From: Nemertoderma westbladi
Lineage: Eukaryota > Animalia > Xenacoelomorpha
Direction of reading: 5' to 3'
DNA length: 64,000 nt
NCBI GenBank assembly: GCA_032718475.1
Contig: JAUCBJ010008823.1
Span: 19,828-83,827, forward strand
The position numbers and the translations under genes are program-made. The notes below the pieces were generated by a model, which did not search any database, had not been told where the DNA came from, and saw only the letters and a program-made list of their open reading frames with translations. Within the stretch, counting starts at the first letter, position 1. Each line of letters starts with the position of its first letter. This document shows positions 26,001-35,915 of the stretch, piece after piece.

Positions 26001-26713
26001 TAATTTAATATTGTCTTTAGCTACGTAACTCTTTCTCCTACTATAGGGAATCTTATAGTATATTATTATGTCACTAAAAAAAATAATTTAATCACATTAT
26101 TAATTTATGAAATTTACATACTATTTAATTTAATTAATTAAATCACCAAATTAATTATTCATGTATTTATAATTTTTATTATGTGGCGTAAAGGTATGGA
26201 ATATGTATAATGTCCTAGCGGTGCCCCCCCCCCCCCCCGCCCCCCATCTATTGATTTTTATTTCACAATTACAGTAGAAATTAATATTTACAGTATTTAC
26301 TAAAAATTTAAAATTAATAGGCTGAAAAATTTCACTCATGGCTAATTATTATAACGAAGGATTTAAATTTAAAACTATTGAAAGACAAACGTAGATGTTA
26401 AAAAAATTAATAAAATATGTAATAAATAATATATTTATATTAAAAATACAGTTCCCGCTTCTTTATTTCCTGCTGATGCTAACGAGACGTTACTTTCTTT
26501 AAACTTCAAAGGTACAAATTTCCAGTCTTTAGTTCCCGCATCCGTTATTTAACATTTTAATTTCAACTTGGATCGTTTATGATTAAGAAATATATTAACC
26601 TCGGTTAGACAAGGTAGCATTTATATTATTTGGTTTTGCAGTAAAGTCTTCAAGGAATGAGGATTAAGCAACGGCGTTTCATTGTTTATAAATATCCTTC
26701 TTTTGATTGAGTA

Positions 26714-28639
26714 TATTTGAAGAGACAGTAACAATACCTGCAATATCTTACTGTAAAGTTTGTGAATCAAATCATAAATCCGACCTTCTCACCAAAACAG
26801 TAAACTCCAAGTAAGCGACTATATTGCAGTATCGATCTCTTATAACCGGTGAGGCAGAAAACAGTCTACGAGCAGACAAACTTCGATAAAACAAAATCCC
26901 GCGCAGCGAATCCTAAAATCAGGCTGACTCACTGACGGACTAAGAGGCTCGTATACTTTGCCGCGGTGTGATTTATATGGTTGGGCAAAAGAGACGCTAG
27001 CTAGGTGCAGAGATTTGGAGATGTCTAACTAGCGGGCAAAGCGCAGTACGGACAAAAGTTAAATTTTATATATTTTGAGGTGTAAATAATTTCTAACGCG
27101 CGCGTGTGTTAATTCTAAACGGTCAAAGCAGTTTTGCTCCTTCATATATATAATTACTGGGTACGGTGTGCATTTTACAAATATTCTAATTTTGTAACTT
27201 GTAGGTCCAATACTCACGAATGATAAGGCTCCTTCCCCTCTTGCGTATTTCCAGGACTCAAATTCAGGCATAAGGTTAATGCTACGCCCAGAATTCGGCA
27301 ATTTTAATTTACCAGGCCCCTAATACTAAGAAGAAATGTGTTAGTTTACTACAGTAGGCGTACTGTTACTAATAGCTAGCCTGGCGTCCTATCTAGAATT
27401 TTGGTTACCTAGGTGGGCTTGGTAACTTCCTATCAGGACGTTGGCGGGGACACGGTAGATGTTAGTATATCCCTAATAGCCTCAATTTATTTGCGCCTAG
27501 TCGTAAACTGCCCTACCGCCTGAACGGTACAATCCCAATTCAGGTGAAACACAGCAACCCTCCTGGCCTACAAGTTCTAATGCAATGGACACCGTTGTAC
27601 TACAAATAGTCGCAAACGCACCTGTACTTAGCAAGAGTTAGGCGTACAGTTTGCTGCACCCTACCAATGTGTATGCTTTGTACCGGTGTGCCTACGTCCT
27701 ATCTGCGTACTAGTATCTCTGCCTGCTCTCCCCCCCCCCGTAGGAATATGAAGGTCTACTGCGGTTTTTTCCTGAATTAAAACGGTACAGTCCCTAAGAT
27801 GTAATTTTAGGCTTACAGCGTGTCACTACTTCTACCTTTGATCTTTGGTCTTACGCTTAGGTAGCAAGGCATCGAACGCTGTCTAACCTTTCAGGCGATG
27901 GGCGAATAACTAAGATGGTATTGCGGGTTGTCTCCTGTCTACATTCCCTTGATGTTCCCGTTCATTGCTGCGGCCCGATCTCTAGCCGGCCATCCTGTTC
28001 CTAAGTGTGTTCACCGTAGTGAATCATGGTGAAAAGAAAATGCAGGTAGCGGTATTTCTGAATTTATTGCAGATAATAATACAAAATGTAATCTGAAAAC
28101 TAATGACAGAATAAACAAATATCAGATAACTCAGAATAATTGTGTAAGTGAAGAGTTAAGATTGAGAGATTGAGAAGTTGAGAGATTGATAACTAATGAA
28201 CGAATCGCACCTTTATATAGCAAATTTGTGCTGCAATCAATCGAGAAAATTCTCGATTGTTCTATAGGTTCTAACAGGTTTTTAAAGATAGCTATTGGTC
28301 CAGCTAATATATAACTTGCACGACATTGGTTACAATCTAATAACTGCAGTCTCATTGGTTAATCTAGGTACAGACAAATACAATTTAATTTGTAGCGGTC
28401 AATTTAAATGAGTTGAAATTCTGTACAAAATATAATTCGCACTTACTAGGATTCGAACTCAATACACACTACATATAATTTCCAACGCTCTACCGACTGA
28501 GCTACTGAACCACTTGAACAATAGGCGTACAAATAGATATAGTAAATACAAATGAGGACTTAATGTAATCTTTAATAAAGTTAATTCGAATAAAATAAAA
28601 TTTTGAAAATCCACGGCATTTAGGGAATATAATTCTATA
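26714..28639 (-). repeat. 3' LTR (1926 bp)
   Basis: Direct repeat of 46833-48756. By eye it differs by about 2 substitutions and 3 indels (1 bp, 5 bp in a C-run, 8 bp). Confidence 0.95.
28446..28511 (-). ncRNA. tRNA-derived A-box/B-box cassette in the 3' LTR
   Basis: GGTTCAGTAGCTCAGTCGGTAGAGC...GAGTTCGAATCC. The D and T arms are tRNA-like but there is no acceptor stem. Confidence 0.6.
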
Positions 28640-28646
28640 CCACTCC
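28640..28646 (-). other. Candidate short polypurine tract
   Basis: GGAGTGG immediately upstream (element sense) of the 3' LTR. Confidence 0.4.
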
Positions 28647-29370
28647 ATGAAAACAGGATATTATCGTGCATAAAATATACGGTTTTCACCAATAATCAAT
28701 CAAACTATAGAATACTTAGGGCGTACTTACGTATTTACAAATTAAATTTCAAACAATACTTCCTTTCTACATAATGATTCGATACAAAAATAATTACAAA
28801 TTCAAACTTTACATATTTGAGGCTTTACTAAGTAAGTACAATATAAATCTAAATTAAATTCACCAATATAAATCTATTGCATCTCAATATTGCATAAATT
28901 CAAATAATTACAAATACTTTCGTGCCTAAATGTAGATTGCATAAGTTCGGAATAATTACAAATATGAGTCTTTCTAAGCACAAAACTTTCTAACTATAAA
29001 ACTTTCTAAATACAAAATATAACACTTTACAAATGAAACTATAAGAAAGGCCCACGAGTCTTCCATCTACTCTTACTTTCTATTTCACTGTAAATACAAA
29101 TACTGCTTATAAGATATAAATTGCATAGTATTCGGAACAATATAAATTGCATAAGTTCGGAATAATCACAAATATAAAATAATAATCTTGCAAAATATAA
29201 ATTCTTACTAAATATAAGTCTTACTAAATATAAATCTTACTAAATATAAATCTTACTAAATATGAGTTTTCCAGAATACAAAACTTACTAAATATAAAAC
29301 ATATAATTCAAATAAATCACAAATTCACAAGAAAGGCTCACGAGTCTTCCGTCCACCCTTGCCCTCCCTT

Positions 29371-30148
29371 TTATCGCTTAGTTGATCGAGCCCTGCCGCG
29401 TCCTCGAAAACTGCGCACAGGGGACTTTGCTCGCGATATGGGACTCGTGGGGCGAGTCACTGGTTTCGCTTGGACGTTGAGAGACGGTGCGACTATTTCC
29501 TCGCAAATTCGTCTATTTGGCATCCCAAAACCTCGACCGATTCCTCGTGACCGATCAGTTGTCACTACAGTTGGTAGAACGTCTGGGAACGCGCGGGAAG
29601 CGGACGACGCAGACCCAAGAGTAGCTTGCGCCCCCTTTTGATCAGCTGGTGTATGTCCCGATCCTCCTGTTGGTTCTCTAGGAAGCGATACCGTATCCCG
29701 AGTAATTCGAATGGTCGGCTCAGCTCCCTTGCGTTCTTCTATATTAATAGACTTCTTTAACTGTTGGCCCACTTTCTGGACCCGTATGATCCTACCCTGT
29801 CCGTCCTCCCGAGGGTGACGTGCAGACGGCGCAACCGGAGTGGCTGATATATTTGTCGCCTCTAGGACCTCCTCTTCCTCGAATACGCTCGCTCGTATAC
29901 GTTTGTGGTAAAACGCGGCTCGGTACGCCCATGCGACGGTTAACCAAGCTCCTTTATTCCGCTTCTCAGTTCGGAAACGATCGAATTCACCATACGTGAT
30001 GCGATTAACGACTTTCTGAAAATTCCACGTGTTTTTGTTATCCGGGTGAATCTGTAATAGATACTCGCGCACTACTCAGAATCCACTGTCGTGGGGCAAA
30101 ATATCGACTACCTCGATAAGTTCGTCATATTGGGGCATAGCGGAGATG
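29371..30148 (-). pseudogene. Disrupted accessory ORF of the LTR element, with a basic RG-rich C-terminus
   Basis: The 233-aa ORF ends RSFRGRGRARSTKR. Its frame extends upstream through one TGA (30076-30078) to the insertion junction at 30148/30149. Confidence 0.55.
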
Positions 30149-31520
30149 TATGGTGGCCGACTGCTGCCACATAAACCATCAATGTCTAATAAAAATAATC
30201 GGTTAAAAAATCAATAAAAAAATTCAATAAAAAAAATTTCAATAAAAAATTTCAATAAAAAATTAAATAAAAAAAATTTCAATAAAAAAAATTAAAAAAA
30301 AATTCAATAAAAAAAATTCAATAAAAAAATTCAATAAAAAAAAATTCAATAAAAAAAATTACAAAAAAATTCAATAAAAAAATTCAATAAAATAAATTCA
30401 ATAAAAAAATATGTTAAATTTTTTTCTGAAACCCACCGTGGCCTACAGCTGCCAGGTATTCATTTAATACTAACCACTGCAGTTATATTATACTGTATAG
30501 GTGGCAGTACTCGGCCACAGCGAAATAGAAAAAAAAATTGCAAAGTAAAATTGAATTCACACGTGGCCGACTGCTGCCAAATACTTTCAAACACATGGAA
30601 ACATGGCCTACAGCTGCCAAAATGTGTATTTCCTGCAGTATCATTAACTAACATACTGTTTTGCTGTACCGGTAGGCTTCCAGTATCCTGTAGTTCGAGA
30701 TTAGTTTCAGTATTCCGGTACTGAAATTCAAGCTACGAGCCTACATCAGTAGGCCTACATACAAATCTTGTAGGTACAATGCGGCAGCAGTGATCAGGCC
30801 CGGGACGGTAGGTAATTTAAGGGTTTCTGCTAATAATGGCATGGAATAGTGATTATGGTTTAAAATCATTTCTCAGTGAAGCTGTTGCGCAAAATTGGTC
30901 TAGAAAAGAGTTGCTGCCTGCAGCAAAATCTAAATTTGGTCAGTATCCTTGGTCAATGAGAAGTTTGGATCGGCGTCTGAAGTTTTTTGAAATCAGTTAC
31001 ATCAATTATAATGTTGATATTCAAACTATTCGCAAGGCTTTAAAGAAGGAGATGGAGGGTCCTGGAAAACATTTAGGATATAGAGCCATGAATTTGAAGC
31101 TTCGCACTGTTTACAATATATGTGTTCCTCGTGATATTGTATATGAAATAATGAGAGAAGAGTACCCGGATGTGCTGGAAAAACGACGACTAGAAAACCG
31201 TAAACGGGTCCGCACTGGAGCTTTCAATTCAAAGGGCAGAAGGGTCCTTTGTGGTTAGTATCCGGGGATGGGCACGATAAATTGTGCGGTTATCAGAACT
31301 CAACATTCAGCTACTGTATTTATGGTTTCCAAGATTCGTATTCAAGAAAATTATTACTGCTGAGAGTTATGAAGTCAAACTCCTGTCCTAAGGTTATTTC
31401 GCGACTGTATATTGAATTGATTACTACTTTGCAGTATTGCATGCCTGTTTTTCTTCGATTTGATAAAGGGACTGAAACAACAACAATGGCGATAATGCAT
31501 TCTTATTTGCATTCGATAAG
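30149..31520 (+). mobile_element. Truncated IS3EU-like DNA transposon nested in the LTR element
   Basis: Begins TATGG at 30149 with ggcc(g/t)ac(t/a)gctgcca subterminal repeats. Frameshifted transposase in ORFs 30836-31258 and 31249 onward (LGYRAMNLKL; DGHDKL...IYGFQDSYSRK...LRFDKGTE). No right TIR found. Confidence 0.65.
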
Positions 31521-32288
31521 TAGTAGGAGAAGCATAGCCCTCGGCCAACTCCTCCCTAGCCTGGGCTACGGGCCACATCTCAGAGGGCTATTAAAAATGC
31601 CAAATTTCGGTGCTAAATTGCGGTGTTTAATGACCATCTGTCACCAACAGTATTGATGCCTTCAACCAATCGCTGCGTATCACCTACGCGTAGCCTAACC
31701 TCACGATGCCTACCTTACTCGACAACTGTTACCACTCGCGAGTATTGATTCGCGTCGTTGCATCAACCAACCATCGCATATTCATCTTCGCGTACCCAAA
31801 CTTCTCATCGCATGGCTAGCCCCCACTATGCTATTATATCGAATCGATTACCAACTCACCACGGCTACTCTTCGACGGCTGTCACCAAACCAACCAACCG
31901 AGCGGCCTACCAGTCCAGCAGTAGGATACGTGTTGAAATTCCGCCACGTTTCCGGCTACACGTATACGAACATTTCCATAGTTATTTCCTATCCATGCAA
32001 CCAACCACTGTATACTGTATATGCAGACAACGTGGCCACCAACTACACGCATCACGCATATATTATATTGATTGCCAACTCCACAACTGCTGTCGCCAAA
32101 TCAACCAACCAAGCAGTATGATACATGAGATTCCATCACGTTCTAGCTACGTGTATACGAGCATTAGTGATTATTACGCAATAATTTTTTTTGTTTATAC
32201 AGTAGTTACCCACCAGCTAATCAACCAATCAATAAACCGAATTTAGGCTATTTTCCAGTTTAAGACCTGTATTATTTTTGAAAATATC

Positions 32289-34670
32289 TTATATATAATC
32301 TCTTGCTTTAATAGAGATGTATCCTTCCGACATCATCGTTTGGGGATTTACCGCCCAAAATCCAAGATGCGCCCTCATCGGAAATCGTCTTCTTTGTGCC
32401 GATACATGTTCGTCGGCTAAATCTTCCCACTCATCGAATAATTTTCTCACGAGTTTTACAGATTCGTGTTCATAGGGTATGTCTCTTAGTTGGCATTCAG
32501 ATGCTCGATGCCCTTTTATATTGCAATAAGTACATTGAGCCATAAATCTCCAGCAAGTATAAAAGGTATGAGACCCTTGATCTCCACACCATCCACAGAT
32601 TAGCTGAGTCGTAGTAATGTGCTTTCCACTGCACTTGGTCGAATGATGTCCAGCGACGCCACATTTACCACACATCGTATTGGCAGGGTACCACACTCGT
32701 TCGTATATAAGATCTCCAATCGGTCGAGCGCTTCCTCCCACACTATAATCGTAATCATCTGGATCTATGGGTTGGTAGGTTTCTGAGGGTTGTATACAAA
32801 CTATAGCATCTGTTGCTTCAAGTTGTCGAATCTCCGTCTGAGATTTCTTCGGGAGGTTCCTTTCTATCTCAAGAAGTTCCTCTAAAGGATCGTCAGTGAT
32901 CGTAGTAGTTACTTCGAAATCATCACCAAGGTGACCGATAGGCGCGCGCGTCTGCCGTGATTCATCCGTAATCTCCACGATACGTTCTCCTTCATAGGGT
33001 AACAATGTAAACATAGATGGTCTTTCGATAAGAGATCCCGCACAGCGAAGATACACGTCTCGAAATATACTAAATCCTGCTCGAGTAAAGGCATTACACT
33101 GAGCGTCGGAGTTGTAGAAGGGTTCAAGGAATCGTCTAAACACGTCGGTATGAATTCTCCCTTCCATGTAGAACGTATGATCTTCTCCGAGACAAAGTGG
33201 ATGTCTTTTGAGAGTCCGAGACACAATGTCGGCGATTAGGCAAACATTCACTGACGACTCTATTGCTAAATAATATTGTAGGACCGCTCTTGGAGGTGAC
33301 GTAATAGCCCAATACACGCATCCTCTCCATTTAAGCTGTGATTCAAACTCACTCATATCTGGAGTATCACCTTCTCCATAAGTCTCAATATACTTGGTTC
33401 TCTTACTTTCCTTATAATCCCAATTGAATAACAGGTAGGAAATGTATCCAGTTCCAGTCTTCTGAGTATTATACTCACGAAAATATCCCTGTTCTATAGA
33501 CCACAAAATAAGAGGTCGAGTGTCGACGTAAGGTGTCGGTAGTCGGTCATCGCTGTCCGTCATGCCGGCGAAGTCGCTAATTAAGTCCTCCCTTACTCCT
33601 GATCCAATCTTTACAACAGTTTTATCTAAAATCATGTTTCTTACCATCTTCGGTAGCATTCTAGCGTCGATATTACAAGCTTGGTCCATCTTCTTTACTA
33701 TGTCAGTGATAAGATGGTGTCGCTTTGTATTCGCTGGAGGTATCGGCATTCGTTTGTCGCTCCTCTGTCTACTGAAAATGTGCAGGACTCCGTCCGCCGC
33801 TCTAATCTGTACAGTCTTAGAAGTCAAACTCTGTTGATGACTGCCGCCCTCGTTATCGTAAAACATGTAACCATTTTCCTGAAACGATCTAAACGTCCTA
33901 TTCCATTTATCCAACAATTCTTCCGAAGGTTGCCAAATCTTCTCTATGTCCTTATCATCTTCGAAACGAATAACCTTACCTCGCCAATCCGCGGCAATGT
34001 CTGTATCCGACTCGAAGGTTCCGGTTCCAATCCATAAACGAATCGTCTTGGTTAAATATCCTTTCAAATTACTCGGAGCTATATCGGCACCAGCTCTATC
34101 CAGTTCCTTAAAGTCTTGAATATGAGGTGGAACGTTGTACACGACCTTTTGAGTAATATGTCTACGTAAATCATATATCTTACTCATATCGCTGAAAACA
34201 ACTGCAGGAAGAAACTCCAAGTTTGAAATGATTTCTGGATGATCCACGATGGGTATTTCGTACGTCGTATCCTGTCGGACTGGTATACTAATAGGAAAAT
34301 TGAGTGTCGTACTCAATGGTTTCGTAGTCGAAGTACTATATGGTTGCATTTCTCTTGTCCTCTCCGGGGATGCAATCTGTAGTCTCTGAATAACGTTTTG
34401 AGCAAAGTTTATGCTCTCGAAAACTTCCGGTGTCATCTCCTTAGCTGGGGTTTGATCGTGTGACGTCCAATGGTAAGGTAGGCTCGCGAGTCTTCCGCCC
34501 CATTCTTCCATCTCACCTTTCTCGAAAGCCTTGTAGGCTCTGTATAGGCTAAGAGCTTCTTTCTTTTCGCGGGTTGACTGATTTGCCTCGTCCAGCGTAA
34601 GTTCAAATACATCGGGTTCAACAACCTTAGGTGGGTAAACGACAGTTTCTCCCGCCTTTGGTCCGGTCAT
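32289..34670 (-). CDS. Accessory protein: DEDDy-like 3'-5' exonuclease domain plus three C-terminal CCHC zinc knuckles
   Basis: MFYDNEG (Exo I), LPKMVRNMILDKTVVKIGSGVREDL (Exo II), YVDT, QYYLAIE (Exo III-like). Knuckles CGKCGVAGHHSTKC, CGWCGDQGSHTFYTC and CTYCNIKGHRASEC. Confidence 0.75.
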   Translation of the reverse strand: MTGPKAGETVVYPPKVVEPDVFELTLDEANQSTREKKEALSLYRAYKAFEKGEMEEWGGRLASLPYHWTSHDQTPAKEMTPEVFESINFAQNVIQRLQIASPERTREMQPYSTSTTKPLSTTLNFPISIPVRQDTTYEIPIVDHPEIISNLEFLPAVVFSDMSKIYDLRRHITQKVVYNVPPHIQDFKELDRAGADIAPSNLKGYLTKTIRLWIGTGTFESDTDIAADWRGKVIRFEDDKDIEKIWQPSEELLDKWNRTFRSFQENGYMFYDNEGGSHQQSLTSKTVQIRAADGVLHIFSRQRSDKRMPIPPANTKRHHLITDIVKKMDQACNIDARMLPKMVRNMILDKTVVKIGSGVREDLISDFAGMTDSDDRLPTPYVDTRPLILWSIEQGYFREYNTQKTGTGYISYLLFNWDYKESKRTKYIETYGEGDTPDMSEFESQLKWRGCVYWAITSPPRAVLQYYLAIESSVNVCLIADIVSRTLKRHPLCLGEDHTFYMEGRIHTDVFRRFLEPFYNSDAQCNAFTRAGFSIFRDVYLRCAGSLIERPSMFTLLPYEGERIVEITDESRQTRAPIGHLGDDFEVTTTITDDPLEELLEIERNLPKKSQTEIRQLEATDAIVCIQPSETYQPIDPDDYDYSVGGSARPIGDLIYERVWYPANTMCGKCGVAGHHSTKCSGKHITTTQLICGWCGDQGSHTFYTCWRFMAQCTYCNIKGHRASECQLRDIPYEHESVKLVRKLFDEWEDLADEHVSAQRRRFPMRAHLGFWAVNPQTMMSEGYISIKARDYI

Positions 34671-35285
34671 AGCAAATGAATGATATGGATTCTATAAAGG
34701 ATACCCTCCTTCCTGGTAGCGTAGTTGTTGATGGTTCGAACACCTCGCCAATATCGGTTCGGGATTTTCCTTATTCAAACGCATCGGAATCGCATTTCGT
34801 TGTTCGCGCATACAAGAACCGCATTGATAATAAAGTTTATAAACTGAAAATGCTTCCTTGGTTTCTCTATCGTCTGTAAAGGTGCATTCCATCGAATTCA
34901 TCGCGTACCGCGGGCATAGGTTCGTGCGCCTTCAGGTATTGCATGGTATGATACAAACGACTAATTTCAGTATCGGGGTCTTCGCTAATGTCTCCCGTAT
35001 CACACAAAGCGTCGTACGGGTACAGTTCATTGAAGGTTTTGCGCAAACTTTCGATTCTTTCATTTAATGCGTTTTGTCTTCTCTTTAATACATTTGAGTC
35101 ATATTTAGTTCTCGCGAGTTTCGCTGTACTTTCTGATAATTCTTTTATACCAAATATAGTGTAGTCCTTGGCTCCAAATCTTTCGAATGGTGCTGCTGCC
35201 TCCTCTTGGATATCATATCCCCATCTCGGCTCTCCTTGTATCCCCTTTTCCATAATTAGAGGTGTAGTTACATAATCATTACTAC
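34671..35285 (-). pseudogene. Interrupted N-terminal extension of the exonuclease ORF
   Basis: ORF 34901-34692 is in frame with the 793-aa ORF across a single TAG. ORF 35253-34867 overlaps it in another frame. A CTAAC/pyrimidine/TAG acceptor-like site lies at ~35285. Confidence 0.5.
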
Positions 35286-35915
35286 TAGAGGGAATACAAC
35301 AGAGTTTGTAGTTAGTTGTGAGGAGACGTGAGAGTTTCGTCTGCCCTTTTGGCTCGACAACGCTCTAACCTCCTACCCATAGCCTAAGATCTAGGGTTTC
35401 TTTAATGACACGCTGCTTCTTATCTAAAATTTTTTGCCGAAATAAAAAACGAATTTGGGCTAAACTGGCTGTGAGTCTAAAATACTCACCTTTTGATCCC
35501 AAACTATTATCAGAAAATAAGCAATCAAGAATTAGTAATAAATATAGGGGAGTCTATTTATTGACGTAACTTATTGAAACAAGACCGTGTAAAATTTAAT
35601 TAAAATTTTAAGAAAGGCTCGCAAGTCTTCCTCTCTTGTTTCTCTAATTTTAAGTTCCACCCGACTGTACCCTGAAATCTATTCACTGGAGAAAATTTTA
35701 AAATTTTTCAAATCCAAATGGATTGTCTAAAATTTCGAAAATGTCTCAATATTGTGAGTTCCAAGTAGAATTCCATTTCTTATACCTACAAATCCCGCTC
35801 CTATGTGACACATAAGGGTACTACCCTCAATGTTCACATATAAAAGACAATGGAATTCTACCGCTGTCCTTACTACGGTGTACAGGTACGTGGAAATCTA
35901 TTTGTAAACTCCTAA

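Noticed and set aside
26718-26719. Canonical TG start of the LTR at 26718
   Set aside because: LTR identity extends 4 bp further to 26714, the TSD abuts there, and the other end has no CA.
28446-28511. Functional tRNA gene or element-encoded tRNA primer
   Set aside because: No acceptor stem or proper anticodon arm, and no complementarity to the PBS-position sequence.
31758-32246. Plus-strand ORFs between the accessory genes
   Set aside because: Low-complexity CAAC-rich spacer, antisense to the element, with no recognisable motifs.
29371-35253. env gene in the 3' region of the LTR element
   Set aside because: No signal peptide, transmembrane anchor or fusion-protein cysteine pattern in these ORFs.
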